Below are positions 38,055 through 47,477 of a DNA stretch of 64,000 bases, in pieces. The notes below the pieces were generated by a model. The model was not told where the DNA came from. It worked only from the letters and a program-made list of their open reading frames with translations, and ran no database searches. The position numbers and the translations under genes were made by a program. This DNA is from Candidatus Tectimicrobiota bacterium (GTDB lineage Bacteria > JACPUC01), in NCBI GenBank assembly GCA_016192455.1, contig JACPUC010000017.1:62001-126000 (forward strand), written 5' to 3'. The number at the start of each line of letters is the position of its first letter. The stretch's first letter is position 1.

Positions 38055-38276
38055 CCTTTATCTCCTCGTTCCATCCTTGTGGTTGTGGCGTCACCTTGCT
38101 TCGCCAGAGAGTGCACTCGCGTTGGATGGCGCAGCGCGTCGCGAGGGCGACCCCCCTCCCCACAGCGTCCACGAGAAGACTACCACCGAGAGCGCAAGGA
38201 AGGAAATGGGGAAGGGAAAACCCGCGTGGGGACGTTCTAGCCGGTGCTGGGAAATTGTCGTGGAGCTTATTCTTGA

Positions 38277-38856
38277 CTATGCGCGGAACCTCGTCCTAGC
38301 TTCATAAACAAGCTTCTCGAAATATTCGAGAGCCAGTTGACAGATATGGATAGGGGATCTTTCCGTTAAACTTTCCCCAAGGTGGGTCACGGGAGCATTC
38401 CTCAGCTCAACTCGTGTCTCGAATTGCCCCCCGCCTGTTATTGGAATTAGCCGTTCTCTAGGGGTACCTTTATTCCACGCACCAGAATGCTCCGTGCATC
38501 AAAACAAGGAATTTTGCCCCTGGTGGGCGGGATGGAAGGGCTTGCTCTGTTGAGAGGTGACCGATGCTGGTACCGAATTGGAGGCTGTGCTTCCCCTCAT
38601 GGATATCCTCGTTCCTGGCCTCGTGAATAAAGTGCAGGAGTTCGTCGGACCTCATCTCGCTCTGCTTGGGACGATACCAGTCATCAAAGCCTCGATGCTT
38701 TCCCGTGCCTTCTTTCTGCAGCGCATAGGTTATCGCTCGCAAGGCATTGATAGTGGAATTAAAACGCGACCTAAAACTGAGCGAATCCCGAGCTTCTCGA
38801 AGGTCTCCCAAGGCCCTACGTGCATCTTCAAGCTTATTTAGAGTGTTTATAAACAC
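38277..38856 (-). pseudogene. Low-GC HEPN-like (RxxxxH) gene with an apparent frameshift near 38475
   Basis: GGAGGTGA RBS with GTG 38856, and the motif EARNEDIH. The frame stops at 38470, but an adjacent frame continues NKGTPRERLIPI...LALEYFEKLVYEARTRFRA to TAG at 38277. Confidence 0.6.
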
Positions 38857-38968
38857 ATCACCTCCCTTACCAGAGTAGTTGGGAGGCAAAATACGGCCCT
38901 CGGTCACTAACATATATGTCAATAACCCCAAGAAGCCACGGCGACCAGCCGGGGATCACGCTTACACG

Positions 38969-39103
38969 TCACTTGCCTGCTTTTTTGGGCTTCCGGATAG
39001 TTTCAACCACTGTGGTCTTGGGACGTCCCTTCGCCTCCTTTACAGGGATCAACTTTCCGCTTTTCGCGTCGCGCCCAATTTTCACGGGTTTGCCCTTTGC
39101 CAT
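38969..39103 (-). CDS. 44-aa basic microprotein (below the ORF-track cutoff)
   Basis: GGAGG RBS. MAKGKPVKIGRDAKSGKLIPVKEAKGRPKTTVVETIRKPKKAGK*. Confidence 0.75.
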   Translation of the reverse strand: MAKGKPVKIGRDAKSGKLIPVKEAKGRPKTTVVETIRKPKKAGK

Positions 39104-39297
39104 GTCCCTTATCCTCCATCTGGCTGAAGACTAAACCGCAAGCCGGTTGCGGCTCCACGCTCAACGCTACGGGCCGACGGCATAGTAAACAGGTAAGTGC
39201 GGGACCCCTCGTTCTTCCCAGATAGCCACACGCCATCTGCTCCGAGGAGGTGCTCGGTGTCCCCCCGCCCAAGATGCCGGGCTCCGTTCGTATATGA

Positions 39298-39380
39298 AGC
39301 ATGGGCACTCAATCGGTCCCTGTCAAGAGAAGACTACATGATTTAGTGGCACTCTAGGAACATCTACCCAACATGTAGCA
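39298..39380 (-). promoter_or_regulatory. Candidate promoter plus tandem NrdR-box-like operators
   Basis: TTGACA(39326-39321)-17 nt-CATGCT. Box cores CATGATTTAG (39337-39346) and CAACATGTAG (39369-39378) start 32 bp apart. Confidence 0.5.
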
Positions 39381-39424
39381 TTGTTTGGCGTTTCCGTAGA
39401 TCCTGAAGGAGAGGACACAGGGGA

Positions 39425-39511
39425 CTACTCAATGAAAGCAATAAATAGGCCAAATCCCACCTCTCGGAGGGCAGGGATCACTTCGCGAGGCTTGAGGGCG
39501 GAAAGCTTCAC
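39425..39511 (-). pseudogene. hicA: Truncated HicA toxin (N-terminus only)
   Basis: Immediately after hicB: (V)KLSALKPREVIPALREVGF, the HicA N-terminal helix. It then runs into AT-rich sequence and stops, with no GSH motif. Confidence 0.65.
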
Positions 39512-39523
39512 CAGAAGGCGGGG

Positions 39524-39772
39524 TTAGGCAACGGCAACCTCGATCACCTCCCGCAGCGGCTCGCGGATTTCTTCGATCGGGCCTGTCTCACCGTCCTTGG
39601 CTAGGCTCTCGAGGTAGCCATTGATGGCGTCGCGTGCCACTGATCGGGCTTCGTCGAGGGTCTCGCCCTGGGTGACGACACCGGGAAGCGCGGGGATGCG
39701 CACCACGTAGCCGCCCTCTTCAGCCGGCTCGAAAACCACGATGTAGCGGTAGATGCGCGTAGGAGTGCTCAT
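39524..39772 (-). CDS. hicB: HicB-family antitoxin
   Basis: YIVVFEPAEEGGYVVRIPALPGVVTQGETLDEA...DAINGYLE. Confidence 0.9.
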   Translation of the reverse strand: MSTPTRIYRYIVVFEPAEEGGYVVRIPALPGVVTQGETLDEARSVARDAINGYLESLAKDGETGPIEEIREPLREVIEVAVA

Positions 39773-39806
39773 CTGCTGAGCGGAAGCAGTGCTGCTCCCT
39801 CACCTC

Positions 39807-39835
39807 ACCATATCAAGGAGGCGAGAGGTTGTCAA
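39807..39835 (-). promoter_or_regulatory. Candidate sigma70 promoter for hicB
   Basis: TTGACA-17 nt-TATGGT with an extended TG. Confidence 0.55.
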
Positions 39836-39946
39836 CGGGAATCGGGCGCAGCCTGACACGGTGAAAAGGAGGAATGAACGGGTCGCAACAGAGGCTCAAC
39901 AAGCTCCCCTTCACGCCAGGATGGCGGGAAAATGCATCAGGAAGCC

Positions 39947-40642
39947 TCACTCCGCAATCCGTACGATATGCTCCTCTTCTTCTTCATCCCAGCCCTCGGC
40001 GCCGCGCAGGGGGACGAACATGCAGGGGACAATGTCGCGTTCCTTGAAATGACTCCCTTCACGCACCATGAGCCGCAGCTCCTGGGTGCACTCGCTGCCC
40101 ACCGGGATGACGAGGCGCCCGCCCTCGGCAAGCTGGTCGAGGAGCGGCTGCGGCACCCGCGGCGCGCCGGCGGTGACGCAGATGGCGTCGAACGGCGCCT
40201 GTTCGTCAAGCCCCCGGCTGCCGTCCCCCGCCAGCACCGTGGCGTTCGTGTACCCGAGGCGCTGGAGACGTTCGCGCGCCCTGCGCGCCAGGCGCTCGCG
40301 CAGCTCGATGGACCAGACCGATGCCGCCAGGTGCGCCAGGACCGCCGCCTGGTAGCCGCTCCCCGTGCCGATCTCGAGCACCCGGTCGGTCGGCTGCAGG
40401 TTGAGGGTCTGCGTCATCAACGCTACCATGTAGGGCTGGGAGATCGTCTGGCCCTCGCCGATGGGCAGGGGAGTATCGGCATAGGCGAAGAGGAGGTAGG
40501 CGCCGGGCACGAACTCATGGCGGGGCACCGCGCGCATCGCCTCCAGCACGCGCGGATCGCGCACTCCCCGCGCCTCGAGCTGCCGCCGCACCATGGACTC
40601 GCGCAGCAAGCGGAAGCAGGCATCCGTCAGCGAGCGAACCAC
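39947..40642 (-). CDS. pcm: Protein-L-isoaspartate O-methyltransferase
   Basis: VPRHEFVP, LPIGEGQTISQPYMVA, VLEIGTGSGYQAAVL, APFDAICVTAG, GGRLVIPVG, FVPL. Start inferred from the GGAGGAGG RBS. Confidence 0.95.
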   Translation of the reverse strand: MVRSLTDACFRLLRESMVRRQLEARGVRDPRVLEAMRAVPRHEFVPGAYLLFAYADTPLPIGEGQTISQPYMVALMTQTLNLQPTDRVLEIGTGSGYQAAVLAHLAASVWSIELRERLARRARERLQRLGYTNATVLAGDGSRGLDEQAPFDAICVTAGAPRVPQPLLDQLAEGGRLVIPVGSECTQELRLMVREGSHFKERDIVPCMFVPLRGAEGWDEEEEEHIVRIAE

Positions 40643-40853
40643 GCAACCCTCCTCCCCGCACGCCGTGTTCTGGGCAGCATTGCGCCCGCGCCTTTCAAGC
40701 TCGTTGCGGGCCCTGCCCTCTGGTATACAACATATACCTGAGCACATGGAACGCAATGTTCCCCGCCGCAAGCGCGGCACGGGAGGTGTCGCGGGTCCGC
40801 GCCGTCGCGGAGCCGAGGAATCGAGGCCGTTGGCGCCAATCGGGAGCCCGAGC

Positions 40854-41336
40854 ATGGAACTGAAGGTGGTGTCGATTGAGAAGCCAGGGGACGTGAATGT
40901 CATCATCGGTCAGTCGCACTTCATCAAGACGGTGGAGGACCTGCACGAGACCCTGGCTGGGGCGATGCCCGGCATACGCTTCGGGATCGCCTTCTGCGAG
41001 GCCTCGGGGCCGTGCCTCGTGCGCCGCAGCGGCAATGACGACGAGCTGGTGGAGCTGGCGCGCCAGGCGGCGCAGCGGATTGCCGCCGGCCACACCTTCA
41101 TGATCATGCTGCGGCACGCTTTCCCGGTGAACGTCCTGAACGCGGTGAAGATGGTGCCCGAGGTGTGCGGCATCTTCTGCGCCACGGCCAACCCCTTGCA
41201 GGTGATCGTGGCCGAGCATGAGGGGCGCCGGGGCATCCTCGGCGTTCTGGACGGCGAACAGCCCAAGGGCGTCGAGGGCGAGGCCGACGTGGCGGCACGC
41301 AAGCAGCTCCTGCGCACCTTCGGCTACAAGCTGTAA
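40854..41336 (+). CDS. DUF355 / adenosine-specific kinase family protein
   Basis: NVIIGQSHFIKTVEDLHE, FGIAFCEASGPCLVR, GHTF, FCATANP, RKQLLRTFGYKL. Confidence 0.88.
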   Translation: MELKVVSIEKPGDVNVIIGQSHFIKTVEDLHETLAGAMPGIRFGIAFCEASGPCLVRRSGNDDELVELARQAAQRIAAGHTFMIMLRHAFPVNVLNAVKMVPEVCGIFCATANPLQVIVAEHEGRRGILGVLDGEQPKGVEGEADVAARKQLLRTFGYKL

Positions 41337-41356
41337 CGAAAGCGGGAGTAAGCGAC

Positions 41357-42889
41357 GTGGCGGAGAAGGATCAGACGCTTCAGGCGGCGCTGCAGGCGGC
41401 CTGTCTGCGCCACGGGCAGCGCGAAGCCTTCCGGTTTCCGGAGCGCTCGCTGAGCTTTGCGGAGCTGGACGACGCCGCCGGGCGCTGCGCCGCCGGGCTC
41501 GCCGCGCTGGGCGCGCGGCCGCGGGAGCGCGTCGCCATCATGGCGCCGACCTGCCCGGAGCTGCTCGTGGCCCACCTGGGGGTGCAATGGCTGGGAGGCG
41601 TGCGGGTGCCGCTCAATCCTGGGTTGACGGGGGACGAGCTTGCGTTCCTGCTGCGGGACGCCGCACCGGCGGCGGCGATCGTGGGTGAGCCGCAGAGCGC
41701 TGCGCATGGAGCGCTCCTGCAAAGCCTCGGCATCCGTTGCGTCGTCATCGGCGCGGCGGCGCCGCCGGACCCATCGTTCGCCGAGCTGCTCTCCCGCGCC
41801 GCGCCGGCGCCCCCCGTGCACCAGGGCCGCGCCGACGAGCCCGCCCTGCTCTTCTACACCTCTGGCACCACGGGTCGACCGAAGGGGGCGCTCCTCTCCC
41901 ACCGCAACGTCCTGAGCGGCGTGGAGCGCCTCATCAACGCTTGGCGCTGGAGTGGAGATGACCGCTTCCTCCTCGCCCTGCCCCTCTTCCACGTCCACGG
42001 TCTGGGCGTCGGCGTCCATGGAGCGCTGCTCACCGGCTGCCTGACGATCGTGCGGCCGCGCTTCCGCGCCGCGGAGGACCTCGCCTGCCTGGCTCGGGAG
42101 CGCTGCACGCTGTTCATGGGCGTGCCGGCGATGTACTACGATCTGGTCCACCTCCCCGACGACCAGGCGCGCGACCTGGGCCGCATGCGGCTCTTCATCT
42201 CCGGCTCGGCGGCCCTGCCGATCACCACCTTCGCCGCCTTCGAGAAGCGCTACGGCCACCGCATCCTGGAGCGCTACGGCGCCACGGAGACGATGCTGAC
42301 GATCTCCAACCCGTACGACGGCGAGCGCCGCCCCGGCTCCATTGGGCTGCCGCTGCCGGGGGTTGAGGTGCGCGTCGTCGATGAGGCGTGGCGCGACGTG
42401 CCGAATGGGACGCCCGGAGAACTGCTCATCCGCAGTGAGAGCGTCTTCCTCGGCTACCATAACCTGCCGGAGGCGACGGCGGAGGCGGTGCGCGACGGCT
42501 GGTTTGCCTCGGGCGACATCGGGCTGCGCGAGCCGGACGGCTACCTGCGCATTCTCGACCGCAAAAAGAACCTGGTGATCTCCGGCGGCTTCAACATCTA
42601 CCCCGCGGAGGTCGAGAACGTGCTGCGCCGGCATGCCGGGGTGCGCGATGCTGCGGTCGTGGGTCTGCCGGACGAGCGGCTCGGCGAGGTGGTCGCGGCC
42701 CTCGTGGTGCCCTCCGAGAGCGCCGCCACGGCGGAGGAGCTGCTCACCTTCTGCGGCGCTCACCTGGCCCGCTACAAGCAGCCGCGCCGCCTGCACTTCG
42801 CCCCGGACCTGCCGCGCAACGCCATGGGGAAGGTGGATGCGCGGGCGGTGCGGAGGTTGCTGGCGGAGGAAGTTTCGCGGCAAGCCTGA
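41357..42889 (+). CDS. AMP-forming acyl-CoA synthetase (MatB/long-chain-like)
   Basis: YTSGTTGRPKG, LPLFHVHGL, ERYGATE, SGDIG, ISGGFNIYPAEVE, LPRNAMGKV. Confidence 0.92.
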   Translation: MAEKDQTLQAALQAACLRHGQREAFRFPERSLSFAELDDAAGRCAAGLAALGARPRERVAIMAPTCPELLVAHLGVQWLGGVRVPLNPGLTGDELAFLLRDAAPAAAIVGEPQSAAHGALLQSLGIRCVVIGAAAPPDPSFAELLSRAAPAPPVHQGRADEPALLFYTSGTTGRPKGALLSHRNVLSGVERLINAWRWSGDDRFLLALPLFHVHGLGVGVHGALLTGCLTIVRPRFRAAEDLACLARERCTLFMGVPAMYYDLVHLPDDQARDLGRMRLFISGSAALPITTFAAFEKRYGHRILERYGATETMLTISNPYDGERRPGSIGLPLPGVEVRVVDEAWRDVPNGTPGELLIRSESVFLGYHNLPEATAEAVRDGWFASGDIGLREPDGYLRILDRKKNLVISGGFNIYPAEVENVLRRHAGVRDAAVVGLPDERLGEVVAALVVPSESAATAEELLTFCGAHLARYKQPRRLHFAPDLPRNAMGKVDARAVRRLLAEEVSRQA

Positions 42890-42941
42890 GGGGAAGGAAC
42901 TCACGCGCGGCTGCTTGGGGGGATGGCGGTGGCCGTGGGGA

Positions 42942-43658
42942 TCAGCCCGCCGCCAGCTCGAGGAAGCGGGAGAAGAAGCGGCGGCCATGCTGGCGCAGAG
43001 GCTCGGCGAAGCGCTCCGTCTCCTGGCGGATTGCCGCGGCCCGCGCCGCGCCGCCGATTTCCGCCACATCGCCCGCATTCACCGCCGCTTGCAGCCAGCT
43101 CTCGATCATGGCCGGCGTCACTTCAAAGTGGAACTGCAGACCATAGACGCGGCGGCCGAGCGCATACGCTTGGTTCGCGCAGAGGGCGGAGCGGGCCAGG
43201 TGGCGCGCCCCGGGGGGCAGATCGAAGGTGTCGCCGTGCCAGTGAAAGACCTGGAGGGGACTCGGCAAGCCGGCAAAGAGTGGGTCTGACACGGCCTCCG
43301 GCGTCAGCTCGATCGGGAACCAGCCGATCTCCTTCGCCGGACCCCGGCGCACGCGGGCTCCCGACGCCTTGGCGATGAGCTGCGCCCCGAGGCACATGCC
43401 GAGGGTCGGCACGCCGGCCTCCAGGGCGGCTTTCAGGAAAGCATCCTCCAGCGCCAGGAAGGGGTGCCTCTTCTCCTCGTAGACATTCATCGGGCCGCCC
43501 AGCACGACCACTCCCGCCGCAGCCGCCGGATCGGGAAGCGCGGCGTTCGCGTACGCATCGCAGTAGATGAACGATTCACCCCGCGCCTCGAAGGCCTCGG
43601 CGAAGATGCCGAGGTCCTCCACCTCGATGTTGCGCACGACGAGCCAGGAGCGCCGCAT
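42942..43658 (-). CDS. Class I glutamine amidotransferase-like protein
   Basis: LGGPMNV, LGMCLGAQL (Cys nucleophile), FHWHGDTF, GLQFHFE. Confidence 0.9.
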   Translation of the reverse strand: MRRSWLVVRNIEVEDLGIFAEAFEARGESFIYCDAYANAALPDPAAAAGVVVLGGPMNVYEEKRHPFLALEDAFLKAALEAGVPTLGMCLGAQLIAKASGARVRRGPAKEIGWFPIELTPEAVSDPLFAGLPSPLQVFHWHGDTFDLPPGARHLARSALCANQAYALGRRVYGLQFHFEVTPAMIESWLQAAVNAGDVAEIGGAARAAAIRQETERFAEPLRQHGRRFFSRFLELAAG

Positions 43659-43798
43659 CAATCCCTCTCCGCGCCGATAAAGCAGAACCGTTGCGCCTGG
43701 CGCCGGGCGCACCTACCTTGAATGATGACGGGAGGCGGCCCCATCTCCAGGCGCGCGCCACCCGACGGCTTCACCCCGCGTTGCCGGAGGAGGCGCCC

Positions 43799-44158
43799 AT
43801 GCGACGCACCGTTTGGTTTCTCCTCGTGGTCATCCTGCTCTTCGCCGCGGCGCCGGGGTGGGCGGAAACACCCGCCCGCGCCGCCCTGTTCGAGCTGCGG
43901 GATGGGCACGTCTACCTCGGCGCCGTGGTCAAGGCGGACCGCGCCACCATCACAGTCGAGACGGCGCAAGGCGAGCGCACCTTCCAGCTTGACGACGTGG
44001 CGCAGATCACCTTCGGCAAAACGGCGGCCGGCACAGCCCCGCAGGAACGCCCTCTCGACGAGGAGTTCGCCGACCTCATCCGCACCATCCTGCAAAAGGC
44101 CAAGCAGGCGATGAGAGAGCTGGACGTCTCGCGGCAGAAACCCGAGCCGTCCCGCTAG
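43799..44158 (+). CDS. Small secreted hypothetical protein
   Basis: GGAGGAGG RBS. Signal peptide MRRTVWFLLVVILLFAAAPGWA, then ELRDG...G.V...ITVET beta-rich segment. Confidence 0.65.
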   Translation: MRRTVWFLLVVILLFAAAPGWAETPARAALFELRDGHVYLGAVVKADRATITVETAQGERTFQLDDVAQITFGKTAAGTAPQERPLDEEFADLIRTILQKAKQAMRELDVSRQKPEPSR

Positions 44159-44301
44159 GTGGTGACCCAAGCAGGCCGCGAAGAATTCGCCGCGTTGGCG
44201 GCGCCATGGGTGGGGGTATGGCATGGGGGATCACGCGCTCCCGCATCCCGCCTCTCGCCGCGAGCCGCCCGGAGGCGGGCGCGCATGGCCGCGCGGCGCC
44301 C

Positions 44302-45321
44302 TTAGCTCGACGGCAGCAAGCTCAGGTCCACCACCTTTTCCATCGGCACCGCGGACTTGATCAGCCCCACCTTCACCAGATAGTCCTGGAAGCGGGCGAT
44401 CGACGGCACGTCCGGCTTGCCGTTGGGGTCGAGGTAGAAGGCGTGGTCGGCTGACTTGGCGATGATGTCGGGCGGCGTCTTGATGAACTTGCCGAAGATG
44501 CCGATGATCTCCTTGTTGGCCAGGCCGCGCTCGTTGTAGTAGCGGATTCCCTTCACGTAGGCCCGCAGCCAGCGCTTGCCCACCTCGCGGCGCTCCGTAA
44601 GAGCCTTGTTGCTGAAGATGAAAAGGCCGGTCTGGCCCACCTCGAGGCCCGGCAGCTCGTGCACCTCGACCAGGCGGTAGGCAAGGCCACGCGTTACTGC
44701 GATGGTGGGCCAAGGCTCCGAGCCCGTCGAGGCATCGATGGTCTTGTTCTGCAAGGCGGGGATGATGTTGGGCGGCTGCATGGCCACGTGCTCGACGTCA
44801 TCGAAGCTCAGCCCACTCAGCTCGAGGGCGCGCCCGAGGTAGTAGGAAGCAACGTTCCCCTTGCCGAACTGCGCCACCTTCATCCCCTTGAGGTCCTTCA
44901 TCGACTTCACCTTGCCGCTGTCGAAGAGGTCCTTGCGGACGAGAATCGAGGAGTAGCCATACCCCTTCCGGCCCTGTCCCTTGTCGGCCACGGCCTTGAA
45001 TTTCTCGCCCTGGGCAATGGAGTTAAAGAGACCGGCGCTCGGCCCGCCCCCGGCGACATCGATATCCCCGGTCGCCAGCGGGGCCATCATTTTCGTTCCG
45101 GAGGCGAAGCGCACCAGCTCGTTCTTGATCCCCTCCTCCTCGAAGTACTTCTTTTCCATCGCCACGTACAACGCCGCGAAGGAGAGTACCGGGAGGTAGC
45201 CCGTCTTGACGAGCTCTTGCGCGGCAGAGACGGTACTCCCGCCAAGGAGCATGGCAACCGTCAGCACGACCACGGCGCCGCTTCGCAACAGCGTTCCGCA
45301 CCACCCCCACCTCTTTTCCAT
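44302..45321 (-). CDS. ABC substrate-binding protein, SsuA/TauA/NMT1-like
   Basis: Signal peptide, LYVAMEKKYFEEEGI, LATGDIDVA, KDLKGMKVA, ALQNKTIDA, EPW. GGAGG RBS. Confidence 0.85.
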   Translation of the reverse strand: MEKRWGWCGTLLRSGAVVVLTVAMLLGGSTVSAAQELVKTGYLPVLSFAALYVAMEKKYFEEEGIKNELVRFASGTKMMAPLATGDIDVAGGGPSAGLFNSIAQGEKFKAVADKGQGRKGYGYSSILVRKDLFDSGKVKSMKDLKGMKVAQFGKGNVASYYLGRALELSGLSFDDVEHVAMQPPNIIPALQNKTIDASTGSEPWPTIAVTRGLAYRLVEVHELPGLEVGQTGLFIFSNKALTERREVGKRWLRAYVKGIRYYNERGLANKEIIGIFGKFIKTPPDIIAKSADHAFYLDPNGKPDVPSIARFQDYLVKVGLIKSAVPMEKVVDLSLLPSS

Positions 45322-45488
45322 GATCCTCCCTCCCCTCAAAGGCCCTCCTCGGAGCCGGGGGGCCCGAACCTGTCGCCCCCGGTGGGACTCCCGTCCTGCG
45401 CACTGGAGATCGTGGCGCGGACACCGGCGTGGGCGCTCCAGCTCAGCGCCGCCGGTCCACGCAGCGTGTCCGCCGAACACGCCCCTCG

Positions 45489-45683
45489 TCAGCTCTGAAA
45501 CCAAAGCTTGACGCTCAACGCATGCGTGGGGCAGTCCTCCACGCAGGCGGCGCAGTGCCAGCACTCCTGGATGCGAAACAGCGGGTAGTTCTCCGCATCC
45601 ATGTAGATGATGTCCCCCGGGCAAATCTCCTCGCACAGGGTGCACTTCTTCAGGCATTTCTCTCTCTCCAGCAGAATAGCCAC
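45489..45683 (-). CDS. 2x[4Fe-4S] ferredoxin (short AprB/AsfB-like)
   Basis: CLKKCTLCEEICPGD...ECWHCAACVEDCP. GAGGAG RBS. Confidence 0.9.
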   Translation of the reverse strand: MAILLEREKCLKKCTLCEEICPGDIIYMDAENYPLFRIQECWHCAACVEDCPTHALSVKLWFQS

Positions 45684-45807
45684 AGGGTGCGCTCCTCATC
45701 TCCTGCACTGGTGCGTGGTCAACTCGACGTATCGACGCTCGTTGCGGCGTCACGTGGCCGACGCCGCCGGGCTTCCGCGCGCCTCCGCGGCGGCCGGCGT
45801 CTCGCCG

Positions 45808-47454
45808 TCACGGCAAGGGTCGCTGGTTCACCCGCAGAGAATCGCCGACCTTCTGGACGACAAGGTGTTTCAACCAGTTCCCGTCGTCGCGTTCGGTGTA
45901 ATCGGTGCGGCGGTGGTTGAGGAACATGCGCGATTCCTTGCGCTCTCTCGCCGCCAAGGTGATCGCCTCGGCCACTTCGGCCATGTTGATCGCTTCGTGC
46001 GCTTTCACCTTCTGCTGCACGGTGCGGGCGCCGACCTGGTCGTAGGCGTAGCGCTGGATGCCGCGGATGCGCTCCAGGGCATGGGTCAGGCCCACCTCGT
46101 TGCGATCGTAGCAGACGTAGCTCGACATGACGCGCTGCAGGTTGCGCTCGATCTGCACCGGCTCGACGCCCTCGGGGCGGCGCATCGGCAGCTCGAGGCG
46201 CTCCACCGCCGCCTGGATCGTCTTCTCCGAGGCGCGCGCCGGCCTCCGTAGTGATTTCGCGTAGTCGGCGGCCCGCTGCGCTCCCTCCCAGCCGAGGACC
46301 ATCGCGCCGGTGGCGGAGTAGAAGCCGCTGTAGGCCGTGGCGTCCCCCACCCCGAAGAGGCCGGGCAAGGTGAGGCTGAAATCGTGCCCCACGTCGATGC
46401 CGCCGGTCATCATGCCGCGAGTGTACGGCTCGGAGACCTCGATCTCCATCATGCTCTGCTCGAGATCGATGTCGCGCTCCTCGAAGTAGCGGAAGTAGGT
46501 CGGCTTCTCGTTGCGGAACCCGCGCAGGACGATCTCCACGTGCTCGCGGTCGAGGTCGCGGAAATCCAGGAAGACGGGGCCGCGCCCCTCCTTGATCTCG
46601 GTGTAGACGGCGTAGACGAGGAGCTGCCGCGGCGCTTTCTCCATGCGCTCGCCGGCATACTTGCCCATGAAGCGCTCGCCGTTCGCATTGATGAGCTTGG
46701 CGCCGACGCCGATGAAGGAGTTGATGCCCGGCGCGGTGAAGTCCTTCGGCACCAGGGTCCCCTGCACGAACTCCATGTGCTTCAGGCGCGCCCCCGCGCG
46801 CAGCGCCGCGGCGTAGCCGTCGCCGGTGTGGTAGGGGTTGCGCCAGCGGTTGAAGTTCTCGCCGCTGGGGGCCTGGTACATGCGCGTGCAGCCGCCCGAG
46901 GCGATCACCGTCGCCTTGGCCTGAGCGATCAGCGGTTCGCCGCTGCGCGTGTCGAACCCGGCCGCCCCGACGACCTCGCCGTTCTCCACCAGGAGATCGG
47001 TCATCATGACGCGGTTGAAGATGCGGGCGCCGCTCTTCTTCACCTGCCGGGCATGCCCTTTCTTGAGGTCGAGGCCGTTCCAGATGTAGAGGTTGCAGCT
47101 CCAGAACATCGACTGGTCCCACACCAGGTTGCCCTGATCGTCGCGCACCTGGATGCCCCACTCCTCGAGGCGCTCCATCATTGGGTAGGAGCCGTCGAGA
47201 ATGAGCTCCACGAAGGTCTCGTCCTGCAGGCCATGACAGGCCCGCTTCATGCCGTCGATCTCCGCCTGCTTGTCGTGCACGCCGGGGATGAGGCAGGCGA
47301 TGTCCTTCAGCCCCATGCAGGCCTCGCCGCTGTGGTGCACGAACTGCTTCTCGAGGACCGCCACGTCGAGGCCGTTCTGGCGGGCGCGCACCGCCGCCTG
47401 GCAGCCTGCCAGCCCGCCGCCGATGATCAGGACGTCCGTGTCGATGCGTTGCAT
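45808..47454 (-). CDS. FAD-dependent oxidoreductase, AprA/SdhA/NadB superfamily (AprA/AsfA-like)
   Basis: DVLIIGGGLAG, IASGG, TGDGYAAALRAGA, MEF, INANGERFM, LPGLFGVGD, ARERKESR...RTDYTERDDGNW. Confidence 0.88.
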   Translation of the reverse strand: MQRIDTDVLIIGGGLAGCQAAVRARQNGLDVAVLEKQFVHHSGEACMGLKDIACLIPGVHDKQAEIDGMKRACHGLQDETFVELILDGSYPMMERLEEWGIQVRDDQGNLVWDQSMFWSCNLYIWNGLDLKKGHARQVKKSGARIFNRVMMTDLLVENGEVVGAAGFDTRSGEPLIAQAKATVIASGGCTRMYQAPSGENFNRWRNPYHTGDGYAAALRAGARLKHMEFVQGTLVPKDFTAPGINSFIGVGAKLINANGERFMGKYAGERMEKAPRQLLVYAVYTEIKEGRGPVFLDFRDLDREHVEIVLRGFRNEKPTYFRYFEERDIDLEQSMMEIEVSEPYTRGMMTGGIDVGHDFSLTLPGLFGVGDATAYSGFYSATGAMVLGWEGAQRAADYAKSLRRPARASEKTIQAAVERLELPMRRPEGVEPVQIERNLQRVMSSYVCYDRNEVGLTHALERIRGIQRYAYDQVGARTVQQKVKAHEAINMAEVAEAITLAARERKESRMFLNHRRTDYTERDDGNWLKHLVVQKVGDSLRVNQRPLP

Positions 47455-47477
47455 TGCGAGTCTCCTGCCTCGGCGCG

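Noticed and set aside
45489..47454. Calling this pair aprAB (dissimilatory APS reductase)
   Set aside because: The flavoprotein is shorter, the ferredoxin lacks the AprB tail, the gene order is A then B, and no sulfate-reduction genes are nearby.
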